DNA of 64,000 bases from NCBI GenBank assembly GCA_003566885.1, contig PXBO01000107.1:17924-81923 (forward strand). Reading direction: 5' to 3'. Numbering within the stretch: position 1 is the stretch's first letter; every line of letters begins with the position of its first letter. The stretch comes from Opitutia bacterium. Its GTDB lineage: Bacteria; Verrucomicrobiota; Verrucomicrobiia; Opitutales; T3Sed10-336. The notes beneath the pieces are model-generated. The model saw only the letters and a program-made list of their open reading frames with translations, searched no databases and was not told where the DNA came from. Made by a program: the position numbers and the translations under genes. Below, piece by piece: positions 8,581 to 17,423 of this stretch.

Positions 8581-8831
8581 GTGAAGTTTCTCGTTTACGG
8601 CTCCACCGCGGCCGGCCGTGCGGAGCACGCGAGTATTTCCAAAGCTCTGTATGACAAAATCTACGAGGATCCTGCGTATCACACGGTGCTGATCCACGCC
8701 AGGGGGAAGACGCGTCGGCGACCTTGCATTTTGGCGCGGTGCAGATAGAAGACCAAACACTCACTCTGGAGATTTTCGAGGATACCGGAGAAAAAGTCGA
8801 CACACTGCGTTTGACGTATACAGAGAATTAA
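8581..8831 (+). pseudogene. Internally deleted, frameshifted remnant of a paralog of the 28068..30104 phosphoesterase (C-terminal PAP-like half)
   Basis: Frame A from 8581 reads VKFLVYGSTAAGRAEHASISKALYDKIYEDPAYHTVLIHA; the paralog reads VKFLVYGSTSSGLAELENVSRALYDHIYEDPAYHSILLHS. After a frame change, 8727..8831 reads HFGAVQIEDQTLTLEIFEDTGEKVDTLRLTYTEN*; the paralog C-terminus reads YYGAMKVEGSTMTLEIFDDTRRALDTVELWRD*. A stop codon lies immediately upstream (8578-8580) and there is no start codon. Confidence 0.8.
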
Positions 8832-8952
8832 AAAGTAGCGCACGCATCTCCTTTCACGCCATAGTCCTGGGGACAACGGCGGATGCGTGCGAACTCACGC
8901 TGAAACCGTGAGCTACATTTAAGGATTCCAGTGTTCCGGTTTTGCGCCGAAA

Positions 8953-10620
8953 TCAAGCGCTCAGGCGAATGATGCGCATTTGCCGGGCTGTGTGCCCGAA
9001 GCCGTCTTCGGCGAGCACTTCGATAATGTGCTCCCCTTCGCCCAGACCTTCCGGAAGAACCCCTTTCCACAAGTGCGAGCATCGGTCGGGATTGCTTCGC
9101 ATCGTTCGCCAGGGGGAATCAATTTCCCCTTCCGCTTCAACCAAAGCAACATAATAGGGGTCGGGTTCGACGACCCTTTCGAGCTCACGCCATTCATCGC
9201 CTTTGCCAATACGGGCTTTCACCGTGCTGCGCTCGCTGCCATTGTAGAAATTGACATGGTAAGGCATGCCTCCCGCATCCTGCACCGAAAATTCGTAGCT
9301 CGGCAGGTAAATATGCATTTGCTTGCCACCGGGGGCACCAATCACATGGTATCCGTCGATATTGCATTTGTTGCCGTCAAAATCCGCGGCAATGAAACCT
9401 CTGGGCGTACCGTCACCCATCGTCGCGTGCGGCACGCCAAAGGCGTTGGGTTTCCCCCGGAACCAGGCGCCGCACAATGTTCCGACCACCAGGTGATGGT
9501 GTGGTTCGGGATGGACCCACCCGTCTTCCTGGATAAAATCGTGCCGATGATAATGCCTGTGGGCGGCAAAGGAAATGGTATGGGGATGGTTTCTCAGAAT
9601 TTGAAAAAGCTCTTTGCGGTCCGAAGTCGAGCCCCACCAGGGCTCTCCGCTTTCCGCCCGCAGCGGAATATGCAGGAAGAGAACGACAAGGTGGTCACCG
9701 GGCACATGCGCCAAGTCGGCCTCGAGCCATTGCCGTTGTCGCTCACCCAGTTCACCGCGGTACCTTTCCCCACTCCAACGCACGTTGTTGAGTACCACAA
9801 AGTGAACTTTTCCCCGGTCAAAGCTGTAATAGGTCGGCCCATACACACTTCGAAACGTTTCATTGGCAAAGGCATCCCCCTCCGAATCGAAGTTCAGATC
9901 GTGATTCCCCAACACGTGACGCCATGGAATGCCGGTGGACGCCAGCACCCTGTTGAGCGAAGGATAGATTCGCAAGTCATCAAAGGCGACATCGCCGAGA
10001 GTAATGCCGAGATGCCCGTTCGCTTCGCGCAGGACGGAGGGGGTTGATTGGGCGATGTAATCGACTTCGCGCTGGTTGCGGGGTTGCGGATCCCCGCAAA
10101 TGAGCATGCGGAAGGAATCGGTTTCCTCGTCGGCGATCAGGGGGAAATCGATGCTTTCCGGCAACGGTCCGGTTGGCTTGAGCCCGGCATATCGCTGTCC
10201 AGGCGAACCCTCCGGCTGGTGAATGTAGTAGTGCTGTGGCAGGAGATCGGGACTCGTTGGCAGCGCCCATCCCGCCGGCTTGACGACAAAAAAATCGGTC
10301 GCCCCGTCTCCGAGCAGCGGCAACTGCCAGCGTCCTTTCTCGTCGGTCAGGACGACGTCACGGCCGTTGGAGACCATCACCCCCTCCACTCCCGTGTCCC
10401 CCGTTCCCTTGCGCCCATCGCCATCCTTGTCGTGAAAGACGACGCCTTTGGCAAAATCCCCAGAAGCCGCCTTTACCCAAATTTGAGGCATTGCCAGGTA
10501 CGCGCCGCCGGCAAGCATGCCGCCAATAAATTTACGCCGGGTGATATGAAATCGATTTTTGGAGGGAAAACCGCCCGCGGAAAACCGACTTTCCCGGCCA
10601 AGGATCTTGGCTGGTGCCAT
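8953..10620 (-). CDS. Tat-signal metallophosphoesterase (N-terminal beta-sandwich + calcineurin-like phosphoesterase + C-terminal domain)
   Basis: The ORF runs 8953..10716; the start is set at Met33 (cat at 10618-10620). Twin-arginine motif: TRRKFIGGMLAGGAYLAMP. Motifs: DKDGDGRKG..GVMVSNG (carboxypeptidase-regulatory-like fold), CGDPQ, GDVAFDD, GNHD, FLHIPL, AAHRHYHRH. Confidence 0.85.
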   Translation of the reverse strand: MAPAKILGRESRFSAGGFPSKNRFHITRRKFIGGMLAGGAYLAMPQIWVKAASGDFAKGVVFHDKDGDGRKGTGDTGVEGVMVSNGRDVVLTDEKGRWQLPLLGDGATDFFVVKPAGWALPTSPDLLPQHYYIHQPEGSPGQRYAGLKPTGPLPESIDFPLIADEETDSFRMLICGDPQPRNQREVDYIAQSTPSVLREANGHLGITLGDVAFDDLRIYPSLNRVLASTGIPWRHVLGNHDLNFDSEGDAFANETFRSVYGPTYYSFDRGKVHFVVLNNVRWSGERYRGELGERQRQWLEADLAHVPGDHLVVLFLHIPLRAESGEPWWGSTSDRKELFQILRNHPHTISFAAHRHYHRHDFIQEDGWVHPEPHHHLVVGTLCGAWFRGKPNAFGVPHATMGDGTPRGFIAADFDGNKCNIDGYHVIGAPGGKQMHIYLPSYEFSVQDAGGMPYHVNFYNGSERSTVKARIGKGDEWRELERVVEPDPYYVALVEAEGEIDSPWRTMRSNPDRCSHLWKGVLPEGLGEGEHIIEVLAEDGFGHTARQMRIIRLSA

Positions 10621-10806
10621 TTCGGATATACCGTCAACACTGTGATCGGAAGGGTTGTTCACAATTCGCGAAAAGAACCGATGACGACTCTTAAAGTCAA
10701 GCGGATTTCCATGCACGTAATCGTCGGCACCCCGGTTCGACGATCATAACGCCGTGCATAACGCGCCATTGACCGGGAACGGCGCGCCGCCCGCGTCGCT
10801 TTGCTT

Positions 10807-13800
10807 TCACGAGCCGGGCTCCAACTCCGCGGTAATCGCAACAGTGGCCGGCAGAACGTGATTATCGAAACTGCGGAGCTTGATATGATCAACCGTTTCC
10901 TCCCGGCCGAGATCGAGCTCGATTACACGCAGTTGGTGGTTTCGCCCGACCAGGCCGGGCGCGTAGGTCGACCTGGACACGTCGGTCCGGCGGATAAAGT
11001 CGCTGAAGTGTTCGCCGTTGCGCAGCACATGTTGCTCAACCTGTCCGTCCGCATAGTGAACCTCCACCTCAAGCACCGGAAGGTCGTGCCCTTCTTCATC
11101 GCCCCACGGGTAGCCGCGATAGCCGACTCCGCCCAGGATGTGAAGTCGTGCGGCGGCAAAACCGACGGAGAACCGCACTTCCTGCGGGCGCTGGGCCGAA
11201 GGACCGCTGCCGCCTTTGAGCACAATGACGTTGTTGCCTTCCGGAATCCGACTCGGGTGAGCGATTTCGAAGGGCACACTCCCGGCGGAAACCAGACCGA
11301 ATTCGTTAAAATAAAGGGAGTTTCCGGGATTGTGTGGGTTGGTCCACATCCCGGAGGTGCTGTCAGCGGTAAACGCCTCCGAAAGGTCGATCACACGGAA
11401 TCTGCTCTGGCTGTTCAGGTAGGCCAGCAGCGCACGCAGCCCGTCCTCGCCGAAAGCGTCGTAGTTGGGCATCAGAGACTGCCCGGTGGAGCGGACCGAG
11501 ACGATATTGTCTCGATTGATGCGTTGCTCGCCCCCGCCGGCTTGCCGGAGTGTCAGCCCCTCGGTGTCCTGCTCCGCTATCAGTCCCATGTAAACCTGTC
11601 CGTCCCGCGTCTCCACATTGTAGGCAGTGTACTGGGTGCCCGGCGTGCGCAGCGACGCATCGAGAATGATTCCGAGCAAGTTACGCGGGGAATGCGAGCC
11701 GATGCCCGTGATGTCCGGTCCGACGGCGACACCCCGATCCTCATAGGTGTGACAACTGAGGCAGCTTTGAAAAATCGCCTCTCCGGCAGTAATATTACCG
11801 CTGCTGATCGGTCTGGACAGAACCTGGTCGGTCAGGGCCTGAATTTCCTGGTCGGAGGCGGTGCTTCGATCGATCAGGTCGCGCGCCAAGCTCGCGATCT
11901 CGTCATCAGGATGTTGCCGCAACATGTGACGGTGCGTAAGGCTGACGATCCCGAGCGGCACGTCACCGTCCGACAGGGCGGCGATGAGCATTCGAGTCCA
12001 CTCGGACCGTTGCAGCAAATGGTCGACCGCGATTCCCTGGACCGCGGGAGCCAGCGAGGGCACTGCATCGACCAGAGCCTGCCCCACTTCGGCGTCGTCG
12101 ACGCGTCCGAGCATTGTCAGAAGCCTCGGCGCGAGTTCGGATGGATCCGCGGTCGGCAGGATTTCGAGGATCAGTTGAAGCGCCGGCTCCCTCGAGGCCG
12201 GCAACCGCACCAAAACGTGCGCGGCATCGGCACGCTCTTCGGACGGGGCTCCTTCATCGCGAAGGCGAGCGGTCAACTGCCGGACCGTCTCGCTCACGTC
12301 GAGACCGACGCCTCCGTCGGGCGCCCATTCCGTTGCAAGAGTGACGCTGATGGCGGCCAGGTTCGGCGAGTCGGGGCTGGCAAGCGTGGTTAGCGCACCC
12401 TCCAAAGAGGGGTCCCACTCAGGCTGCGGCGTTTCGTCAGAGTCGGCCAGGACTCCCAAGATCGTTGTCTTGAACGAAGCCTCCACCTCGGCCCCGGCCA
12501 GCCACTTTATCAATGACGCCACGGCATCCGTATCGCCTGTGCGAATCAGGTTCGTCACGAGGGATTGAATGGGGTTCTCGATGTCGCCCAATGCCATCCC
12601 GCTGCCCGCCAGCGAGGCGATCGATTCCATGGGATTTTGAGCCAGGACCCCCAGCGCCGCGGAACGGCGGTAGTTGTCGATCCCCTCCCGTGTAAACATC
12701 TTCAATGCGGCGTCGCGCACGGCGTCGCTCGGCTCGGCCGCCTGGAGCGCGACCAGAACGTACAATTGGACGCGCAAATCATCGTCCTCCAGGCGATCGA
12801 TGATTGCGGTTACAACGGATTGAGTGAGGGAGCCGCGTTCGGCAGCGACCCGCTGAGCAGTGCGGCGGACGCCGTGATGGGAGTCCTCCAGCGCAGCGAC
12901 GAGGACTTCGTCATCGAGGCGGTTCAAATGCTCGAGAGTCCACAGCGCGTGCAGTCGCGCCAGATGCGATTCATGAGACCGCGCCATGGAGAGGAGTTCC
13001 GCGGTGACACCGGCCGGCCGGCGCTCCACGAGCAGACGCTGGGCGGTCATGCGAAACCACTGGTTGGGATGGGCCAATTTTTCCACCAGTTCGGCGGGAC
13101 CTGCTTCATGCAGACGGGGTGGATCGTACTGAACCGCCTCGTCGTGCTGGACGCGGTAGATGCGGCCCATCGTCTGATCGCGGTCGGGCCGCACCGCGGC
13201 ATTGCCCGGACCGTGGTAACTGCCGGGCATCCGGATGTCGTTATGGGAGACCGCCTGGTTGTAGAAATCGACAATGTACATCGCTCCGTCGGGGCCGACG
13301 CGGTGGTGGATGGGGCAATACCAGAGATCGCGACCGGCGAGAAACTCAACCTCCTCACGATGGCGGCTGCCCGTGTAGGTGATGCCGTCGCCCTCGATGA
13401 TGCCGACGTGACTGAGCCAGTAGGTCGGCTCGGATATAAAGTGGAAGCGGTGAAACTCTTCCGGCCAGGCGCCTCCGGTGTAAACGGTCGAACCGGCGAC
13501 AGCGGTGATACCGCCGGTCGGGGAAACTTGAACATAGGCCGGACGATCGTCGCGCATCGCCGGATAGAGGTTCATAAATTCGTTGAACAGCGAGTGCCAG
13601 GCCGACGTGTTTCCGATGCGTCCGCGTTCGAGCACGTATTCCGGCAGAACAATATGGAAGAGGTGCCGCCCGCTGGTGGCCTGGGTCCAGAACAGCTCGC
13701 CGATTTCGTCAACGTCCAAGCCCCACGTATTCCCGCCCTTTCGGGCAACGGATTCAGCGGCCGATCCGTCAGGCTTGATGCGGATGACTCCCTCTGTGAA

Positions 13801-15102
13801 CTGACCAAATTCGCGACTCCCGTCGCCACTCGTCAGGTTGGCGCGGGAATAGCCGACTGTGAGATAGATCCAGCCGTCGAGCCCCATCACCATGTTGCTG
13901 CTCGAGGCGTGGGTGTCCCCGCGATTGAAGCCGGTGAGGACGATCTCGCGCGTGTCGGCCCTGCCATCGCCGTTGGTGTCGCGGACGAAGTAGAGATGCG
14001 GCGGCTGGAGCACCAGCGCGCCGTCCTCATAGACAACGAGGCTGGTGACCAGTTCGAAATCGTCGGCGAAGACGTGCGTGTGGTCGAGTTGCCCGTCACC
14101 GGTGGTATCGGTGTGAATGGTGATTTTGTCACGGCCGGGGTTGTCTTGATCGTGCTTGAAAGGATATTCGGGGGTCTGGGCGACCCAGAGGCGGCCCTGA
14201 GCGTCCCAATCGATGGAGATTGGGTTGACGACCTGAGGCTCGGCAACCATCAGCCGGACGTTGAACCCGGGCTCGAGTTCGAGCGTGTCTACCGCCTCAT
14301 TCGGGTGCACCGGTCCGTGTGGCGGGTAAAACAGCGCCTGGTGTTGCTCTTGCGTCAACTTCGGCAATTCGTCGACACCGTTCGCCCAGATGATGCCGCG
14401 CATCAGCAGCAGGCTGAGGTGCCCGGAGGTCGCGGTGTCGTCGCGGTGGCCCTGGAACCAAACGAAAGCCCGGTGCGCGTCGCCCTGATACGTCCACATC
14501 TGCGGGGCGAAGATGCGCAGATCGTGATACGAAACAGCGAGCACATGGGAATCGTCGCTGACTTCGTGATTGAACCAGATTTTCTGATCTGGAAGATCGA
14601 AGTTGCTGGAGTGCAACGTAATAGGATGATCGCGATCCTGAAAATAAAGCCCCTGCAAGGTGTCGCGATGGTCGTTGGTGTCGTCGGTCAAGGCACCACC
14701 GACGCGCTCGAGCCACCAGCCGGAGTCATCCCGAATGACCTCGGGATTGAGCACCACGACACCTCCCCCGGCGGCGAGAAATTCCGCCAGCGCCCCCCGC
14801 TGCGCGGCGCCAACCGGCTCGTGCAGGATGACGACGTCAATCTCGGACAAGTCCGAGGGCAATGATCCGACGCCAACACTGACCGGCTTGTCCACGGCGA
14901 ACTGGTCCCACGAAGCGCGGACCTCGGCGCTCGCCCCGGGCGCGTGCAAGAATGCACGGGTCGGCTCGGCAAGAACGGGGCCCGCCCCTGTCACAGCAAG
15001 CATAATTAGCAGATAAAAGATAACCAGAGGACACACAGGGTTTTCCCGCCGCGTTTGAGCGGCTCCGGCAACAAAAGAGGATGCGGTATTCAAGGTTTGC
15101 AT
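10807..15102 (-). CDS. PVC-type multidomain protein: ThuA-like + membrane-bound-dehydrogenase beta-propeller + HEAT repeats + CxxCH cytochrome c + C-terminal unknown domain
   Basis: 1431 aa with an N-terminal TM/signal segment (PLVIFYLLIMLAVTGAGPVLA). ThuA-like segment: VVILHEP..FLAAGGGVVVL..WFQGHRDD. Dehydrogenase-type segment: PGFNVRLMVAEPQVVNPISIDWDAQGRLWVAQTPEYP..GDG..FYN. HEAT-like helical repeats span roughly aa 670-1080. The heme motif CLSCH is encoded at nt 11749..11763 within the context GEAIFQSCLSCHTYEDRGVAVGPDITGIG. Confidence 0.85.
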   Translation of the reverse strand: MQTLNTASSFVAGAAQTRRENPVCPLVIFYLLIMLAVTGAGPVLAEPTRAFLHAPGASAEVRASWDQFAVDKPVSVGVGSLPSDLSEIDVVILHEPVGAAQRGALAEFLAAGGGVVVLNPEVIRDDSGWWLERVGGALTDDTNDHRDTLQGLYFQDRDHPITLHSSNFDLPDQKIWFNHEVSDDSHVLAVSYHDLRIFAPQMWTYQGDAHRAFVWFQGHRDDTATSGHLSLLLMRGIIWANGVDELPKLTQEQHQALFYPPHGPVHPNEAVDTLELEPGFNVRLMVAEPQVVNPISIDWDAQGRLWVAQTPEYPFKHDQDNPGRDKITIHTDTTGDGQLDHTHVFADDFELVTSLVVYEDGALVLQPPHLYFVRDTNGDGRADTREIVLTGFNRGDTHASSSNMVMGLDGWIYLTVGYSRANLTSGDGSREFGQFTEGVIRIKPDGSAAESVARKGGNTWGLDVDEIGELFWTQATSGRHLFHIVLPEYVLERGRIGNTSAWHSLFNEFMNLYPAMRDDRPAYVQVSPTGGITAVAGSTVYTGGAWPEEFHRFHFISEPTYWLSHVGIIEGDGITYTGSRHREEVEFLAGRDLWYCPIHHRVGPDGAMYIVDFYNQAVSHNDIRMPGSYHGPGNAAVRPDRDQTMGRIYRVQHDEAVQYDPPRLHEAGPAELVEKLAHPNQWFRMTAQRLLVERRPAGVTAELLSMARSHESHLARLHALWTLEHLNRLDDEVLVAALEDSHHGVRRTAQRVAAERGSLTQSVVTAIIDRLEDDDLRVQLYVLVALQAAEPSDAVRDAALKMFTREGIDNYRRSAALGVLAQNPMESIASLAGSGMALGDIENPIQSLVTNLIRTGDTDAVASLIKWLAGAEVEASFKTTILGVLADSDETPQPEWDPSLEGALTTLASPDSPNLAAISVTLATEWAPDGGVGLDVSETVRQLTARLRDEGAPSEERADAAHVLVRLPASREPALQLILEILPTADPSELAPRLLTMLGRVDDAEVGQALVDAVPSLAPAVQGIAVDHLLQRSEWTRMLIAALSDGDVPLGIVSLTHRHMLRQHPDDEIASLARDLIDRSTASDQEIQALTDQVLSRPISSGNITAGEAIFQSCLSCHTYEDRGVAVGPDITGIGSHSPRNLLGIILDASLRTPGTQYTAYNVETRDGQVYMGLIAEQDTEGLTLRQAGGGEQRINRDNIVSVRSTGQSLMPNYDAFGEDGLRALLAYLNSQSRFRVIDLSEAFTADSTSGMWTNPHNPGNSLYFNEFGLVSAGSVPFEIAHPSRIPEGNNVIVLKGGSGPSAQRPQEVRFSVGFAAARLHILGGVGYRGYPWGDEEGHDLPVLEVEVHYADGQVEQHVLRNGEHFSDFIRRTDVSRSTYAPGLVGRNHQLRVIELDLGREETVDHIKLRSFDNHVLPATVAITAELEPGS

Positions 15103-15166
15103 GAAATTCCAATCTCAGCCCCGGGGCAAGGATTTCCCGCCGGCACAACGACCGGCTCCCGCAGCC

Positions 15167-15185
15167 GGTCAATATCGAATTGACC
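15167..15185. promoter_or_regulatory. Palindrome GGTCAAT-N5-ATTGACC upstream of the 1431-aa gene (candidate operator)
   Basis: Perfect 7-bp inverted arms with a 5-nt spacer, about 65-85 nt upstream of the start at 15102, in the divergent intergenic region. Function is untested. Confidence 0.25.
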
Positions 15186-15260
15186 CACCCGCAGACGCAT
15201 TCTACCAGTAATTGATCCGGAACATCTCATCCTCAACATGAGCAATCCATAGAGAAATTT

Positions 15261-15533
15261 TTGTCGTTCTCATTCCTATTAATCCTGCTGGCCACCGTTT
15301 TGGGTTCGCCTGATGTTTACGGCCAGGAACCCGAACGGGAATCAGCAACCGCAGGCGCCCTGGCGAAACATCTAATCCTGTTTTCCATAGACCTGCTCCA
15401 CCCCGAATTTTACCTCGACGAGACGTGGCCGGCTCCCACCCTGCAGCAAATGGCCCGCTGGACGAGTGACGGCTGGAGTCAGCATCGGCAGCGCGTGTCC
15501 GTCGAGGTGCCGGAGACAGCTCTGGTCAAGTGA
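15261..15533 (+). pseudogene. Truncated N-terminal fragment of a nucleotide pyrophosphatase/phosphodiesterase (alkaline-phosphatase superfamily) gene
   Basis: 90 codons from a TTG. There is a signal-like N-terminus (SFSFLLILLATVLGSPDVYG). HLILFSIDLLHPEFYLDETWPAPTLQQMAR resembles the NPP motif (l-i-S-I-D-G-l-R-p-d-y-l...t-P-n-l..LA), but the metal-binding Asp-Gly reads D-L. Similarity ends after about 65 aa and no continuation appears in any frame. Confidence 0.5.
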
Positions 15534-15665
15534 TAACGGACCCGTTGCTCCGCTTGGGAGATCGCCCGGGCAAGTAAGAAGAAAGCCCCATAAAAAGTAA
15601 GCGGATGTCGCAGACAGCATCCCTGTTTTTTCCAGGTTCACGACGGCAAAAGAATCAAGCCCCGA

Positions 15666-17372
15666 TCAATCGAATCTCCATTCGCAGCGACTCTCCTTCT
15701 CCAGCGAATCGCCACGCAATGCCGCCCGCAACAGCTCTATCGGCAGATAACTCTGCCGCAGAATCGCATCGTGAAATTCTTTTTCGCTCATCGCTCCGTG
15801 ATCGACCAACTCCGCCCTTAACGCCCGAACCTGCAGCCCACCGATGAGATACGCGGCCTGATACAACGGAGGGTAGTCATCCGATACGGAACGCCGCACT
15901 TCGGCCACCGCGTTGCGGTGCTCGTGTCCAACCTCCCGCTCCAGAAAGGCAATTGCTTCACCCGCGGTCATTTGACCGAGATGGAAACGCAGTGAAAAGA
16001 TCACCCGTGCCGCCCGGTGCATTCGCCAGAACAGGGCTCCCGTTCGCCCTTCGGGTGTGTGATGGAAACCCTTCTCGTAAAGAATAATTTCCCAATACAA
16101 AGCCCATCCTTCAAGAAAGAACGGTGTCCTGAAAATCTTGCGGTACGGGCGGTGACGATCAGACATAAACAATTGCAGGTGATGTCCGGGAATCAATTCG
16201 TGCTGTACCGTCGCCCTGGCGAAATGCCGATTGTTCCCTCGCAGACTCATCAGTTTTTCCTCATGGCTCATTCCCTCAGTGGGAAAAGAAATGCTGATGG
16301 TCTGACCTCCGGTGAAGTAGGGGTTAACCTTCTGACGCTCGGGCGTCATCATCTTCATTTCCCAGGTCGCCTCACAAAGCTCCGGCACCGTCACCAGGTC
16401 ATTGTCTTTCAGATACGCGATAGCCTCCCGGGCCAGCTCCGCCACCAAACCGGGCTGCTCGCCGGGTTGCAGATAATCTTCGTTGATGCGTGCCAGTGCC
16501 GCCCGCCAATCGTCCCCCAGTCCCATCTCCCGAGCGGCTTTGATGCGTTCCTTCCGGCACCACTCCCATTCCTTCTCCGCCATCTCGATCAGCTTCTCCG
16601 GCTCACAGGCAATCCACTCGGCCGCAAGCTCATTCAACAGTGCCGCCCGGCCAATCGGATCGCCCACCACCGGCTCCTCCCCATTGCCATCGGCCTGTTC
16701 CCCGAGCACCGCACTCCGCAGCAGTTTGGTATAGGTGTCCAGAGCGCTTTTCAAAGCTTCGTAAGGACGTCCGATCCACCAGGAAATTCCCGGATCATAA
16801 TCAAGGTAGAATGCCGCCCATTCTTCAAGATCCGCCCGCAACTTCACGATCAGCTTGCAGGCCCTCAAGGCCAAAACCTTCTCTTTATGGGTGACTTCTC
16901 GGGAAGCGCCTTCAGGCAGCCGATCGGTAACGCGGGCCCCACAGTTTTCGATAGCAGTTCGTATCGCGTCCAGGATTGCAGCGATTTCCTTGCCATCCGG
17001 CCGCTCTGCACGCCGCCTCCGATGCGCAAGTTCCGCAATCCGATCGGCAAAAGGCGCCAGATCCGCAATCTCCTCCTCCTGCGCCTGCCGTTGACGCTCA
17101 CGAGCAATTGTCGCCTCCAGCCAATCCCTCATTGCAATCCAGTCGATTCGATCATCCGGCCTCAGTGAATCAAAAGCAACAGAGTCGAGATTGCGCCTCG
17201 TCTCATTCAAAAAAGCGACCCTGCGATCCCGGTCCTCCCTGGAAGCTGCAATTCGGTAAAAACGACTCACTGACTCCCAATCCTGGCAAAAGCGGTCAAT
17301 CATTCCCGCCATGCCTCCTTCGAGGCGAGGCTGGGTGGCGGAGGAGGGAGGAGGCGTAGGATCTTGGGCCAT
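15666..17372 (-). CDS. DUF885 family protein (zincin-like HExxPGHH motif)
   Basis: 568 aa, with HELIPGHHLQ and the surrounding pattern ..ATVQHELIPGHHLQLFM..FFLEGWALYWE.., which is typical of DUF885. No signal peptide is obvious. It lies 51 nt downstream of the giant gene on the same strand. Confidence 0.8.
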   Translation of the reverse strand: MAQDPTPPPSSATQPRLEGGMAGMIDRFCQDWESVSRFYRIAASREDRDRRVAFLNETRRNLDSVAFDSLRPDDRIDWIAMRDWLEATIARERQRQAQEEEIADLAPFADRIAELAHRRRRAERPDGKEIAAILDAIRTAIENCGARVTDRLPEGASREVTHKEKVLALRACKLIVKLRADLEEWAAFYLDYDPGISWWIGRPYEALKSALDTYTKLLRSAVLGEQADGNGEEPVVGDPIGRAALLNELAAEWIACEPEKLIEMAEKEWEWCRKERIKAAREMGLGDDWRAALARINEDYLQPGEQPGLVAELAREAIAYLKDNDLVTVPELCEATWEMKMMTPERQKVNPYFTGGQTISISFPTEGMSHEEKLMSLRGNNRHFARATVQHELIPGHHLQLFMSDRHRPYRKIFRTPFFLEGWALYWEIILYEKGFHHTPEGRTGALFWRMHRAARVIFSLRFHLGQMTAGEAIAFLEREVGHEHRNAVAEVRRSVSDDYPPLYQAAYLIGGLQVRALRAELVDHGAMSEKEFHDAILRQSYLPIELLRAALRGDSLEKESRCEWRFD

Positions 17373-17423
17373 AGTCTTGAAATGGTACGGAGCAAATTCA
17401 CTGTCAAGCGAGAGGTGATACGC

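Noticed and set aside
12565-14865. Very long ORFs antisense to real genes. Examples: 12565..14865 (+, 766 aa), 10801..12393 (+), 37405..39855 (+, 816 aa), 40891..42843 (+, 650 aa), 46325..48688 (-, 787 aa), 17364..18662 (+), 22275..23702 (+) and 4308..5363 (+).
   Set aside because: All lie opposite ORFs with clear family motifs. Their translations are Arg/Gly/Pro/His-rich low-complexity strings without motifs. They are typical shadow ORFs of a GC-rich genome.
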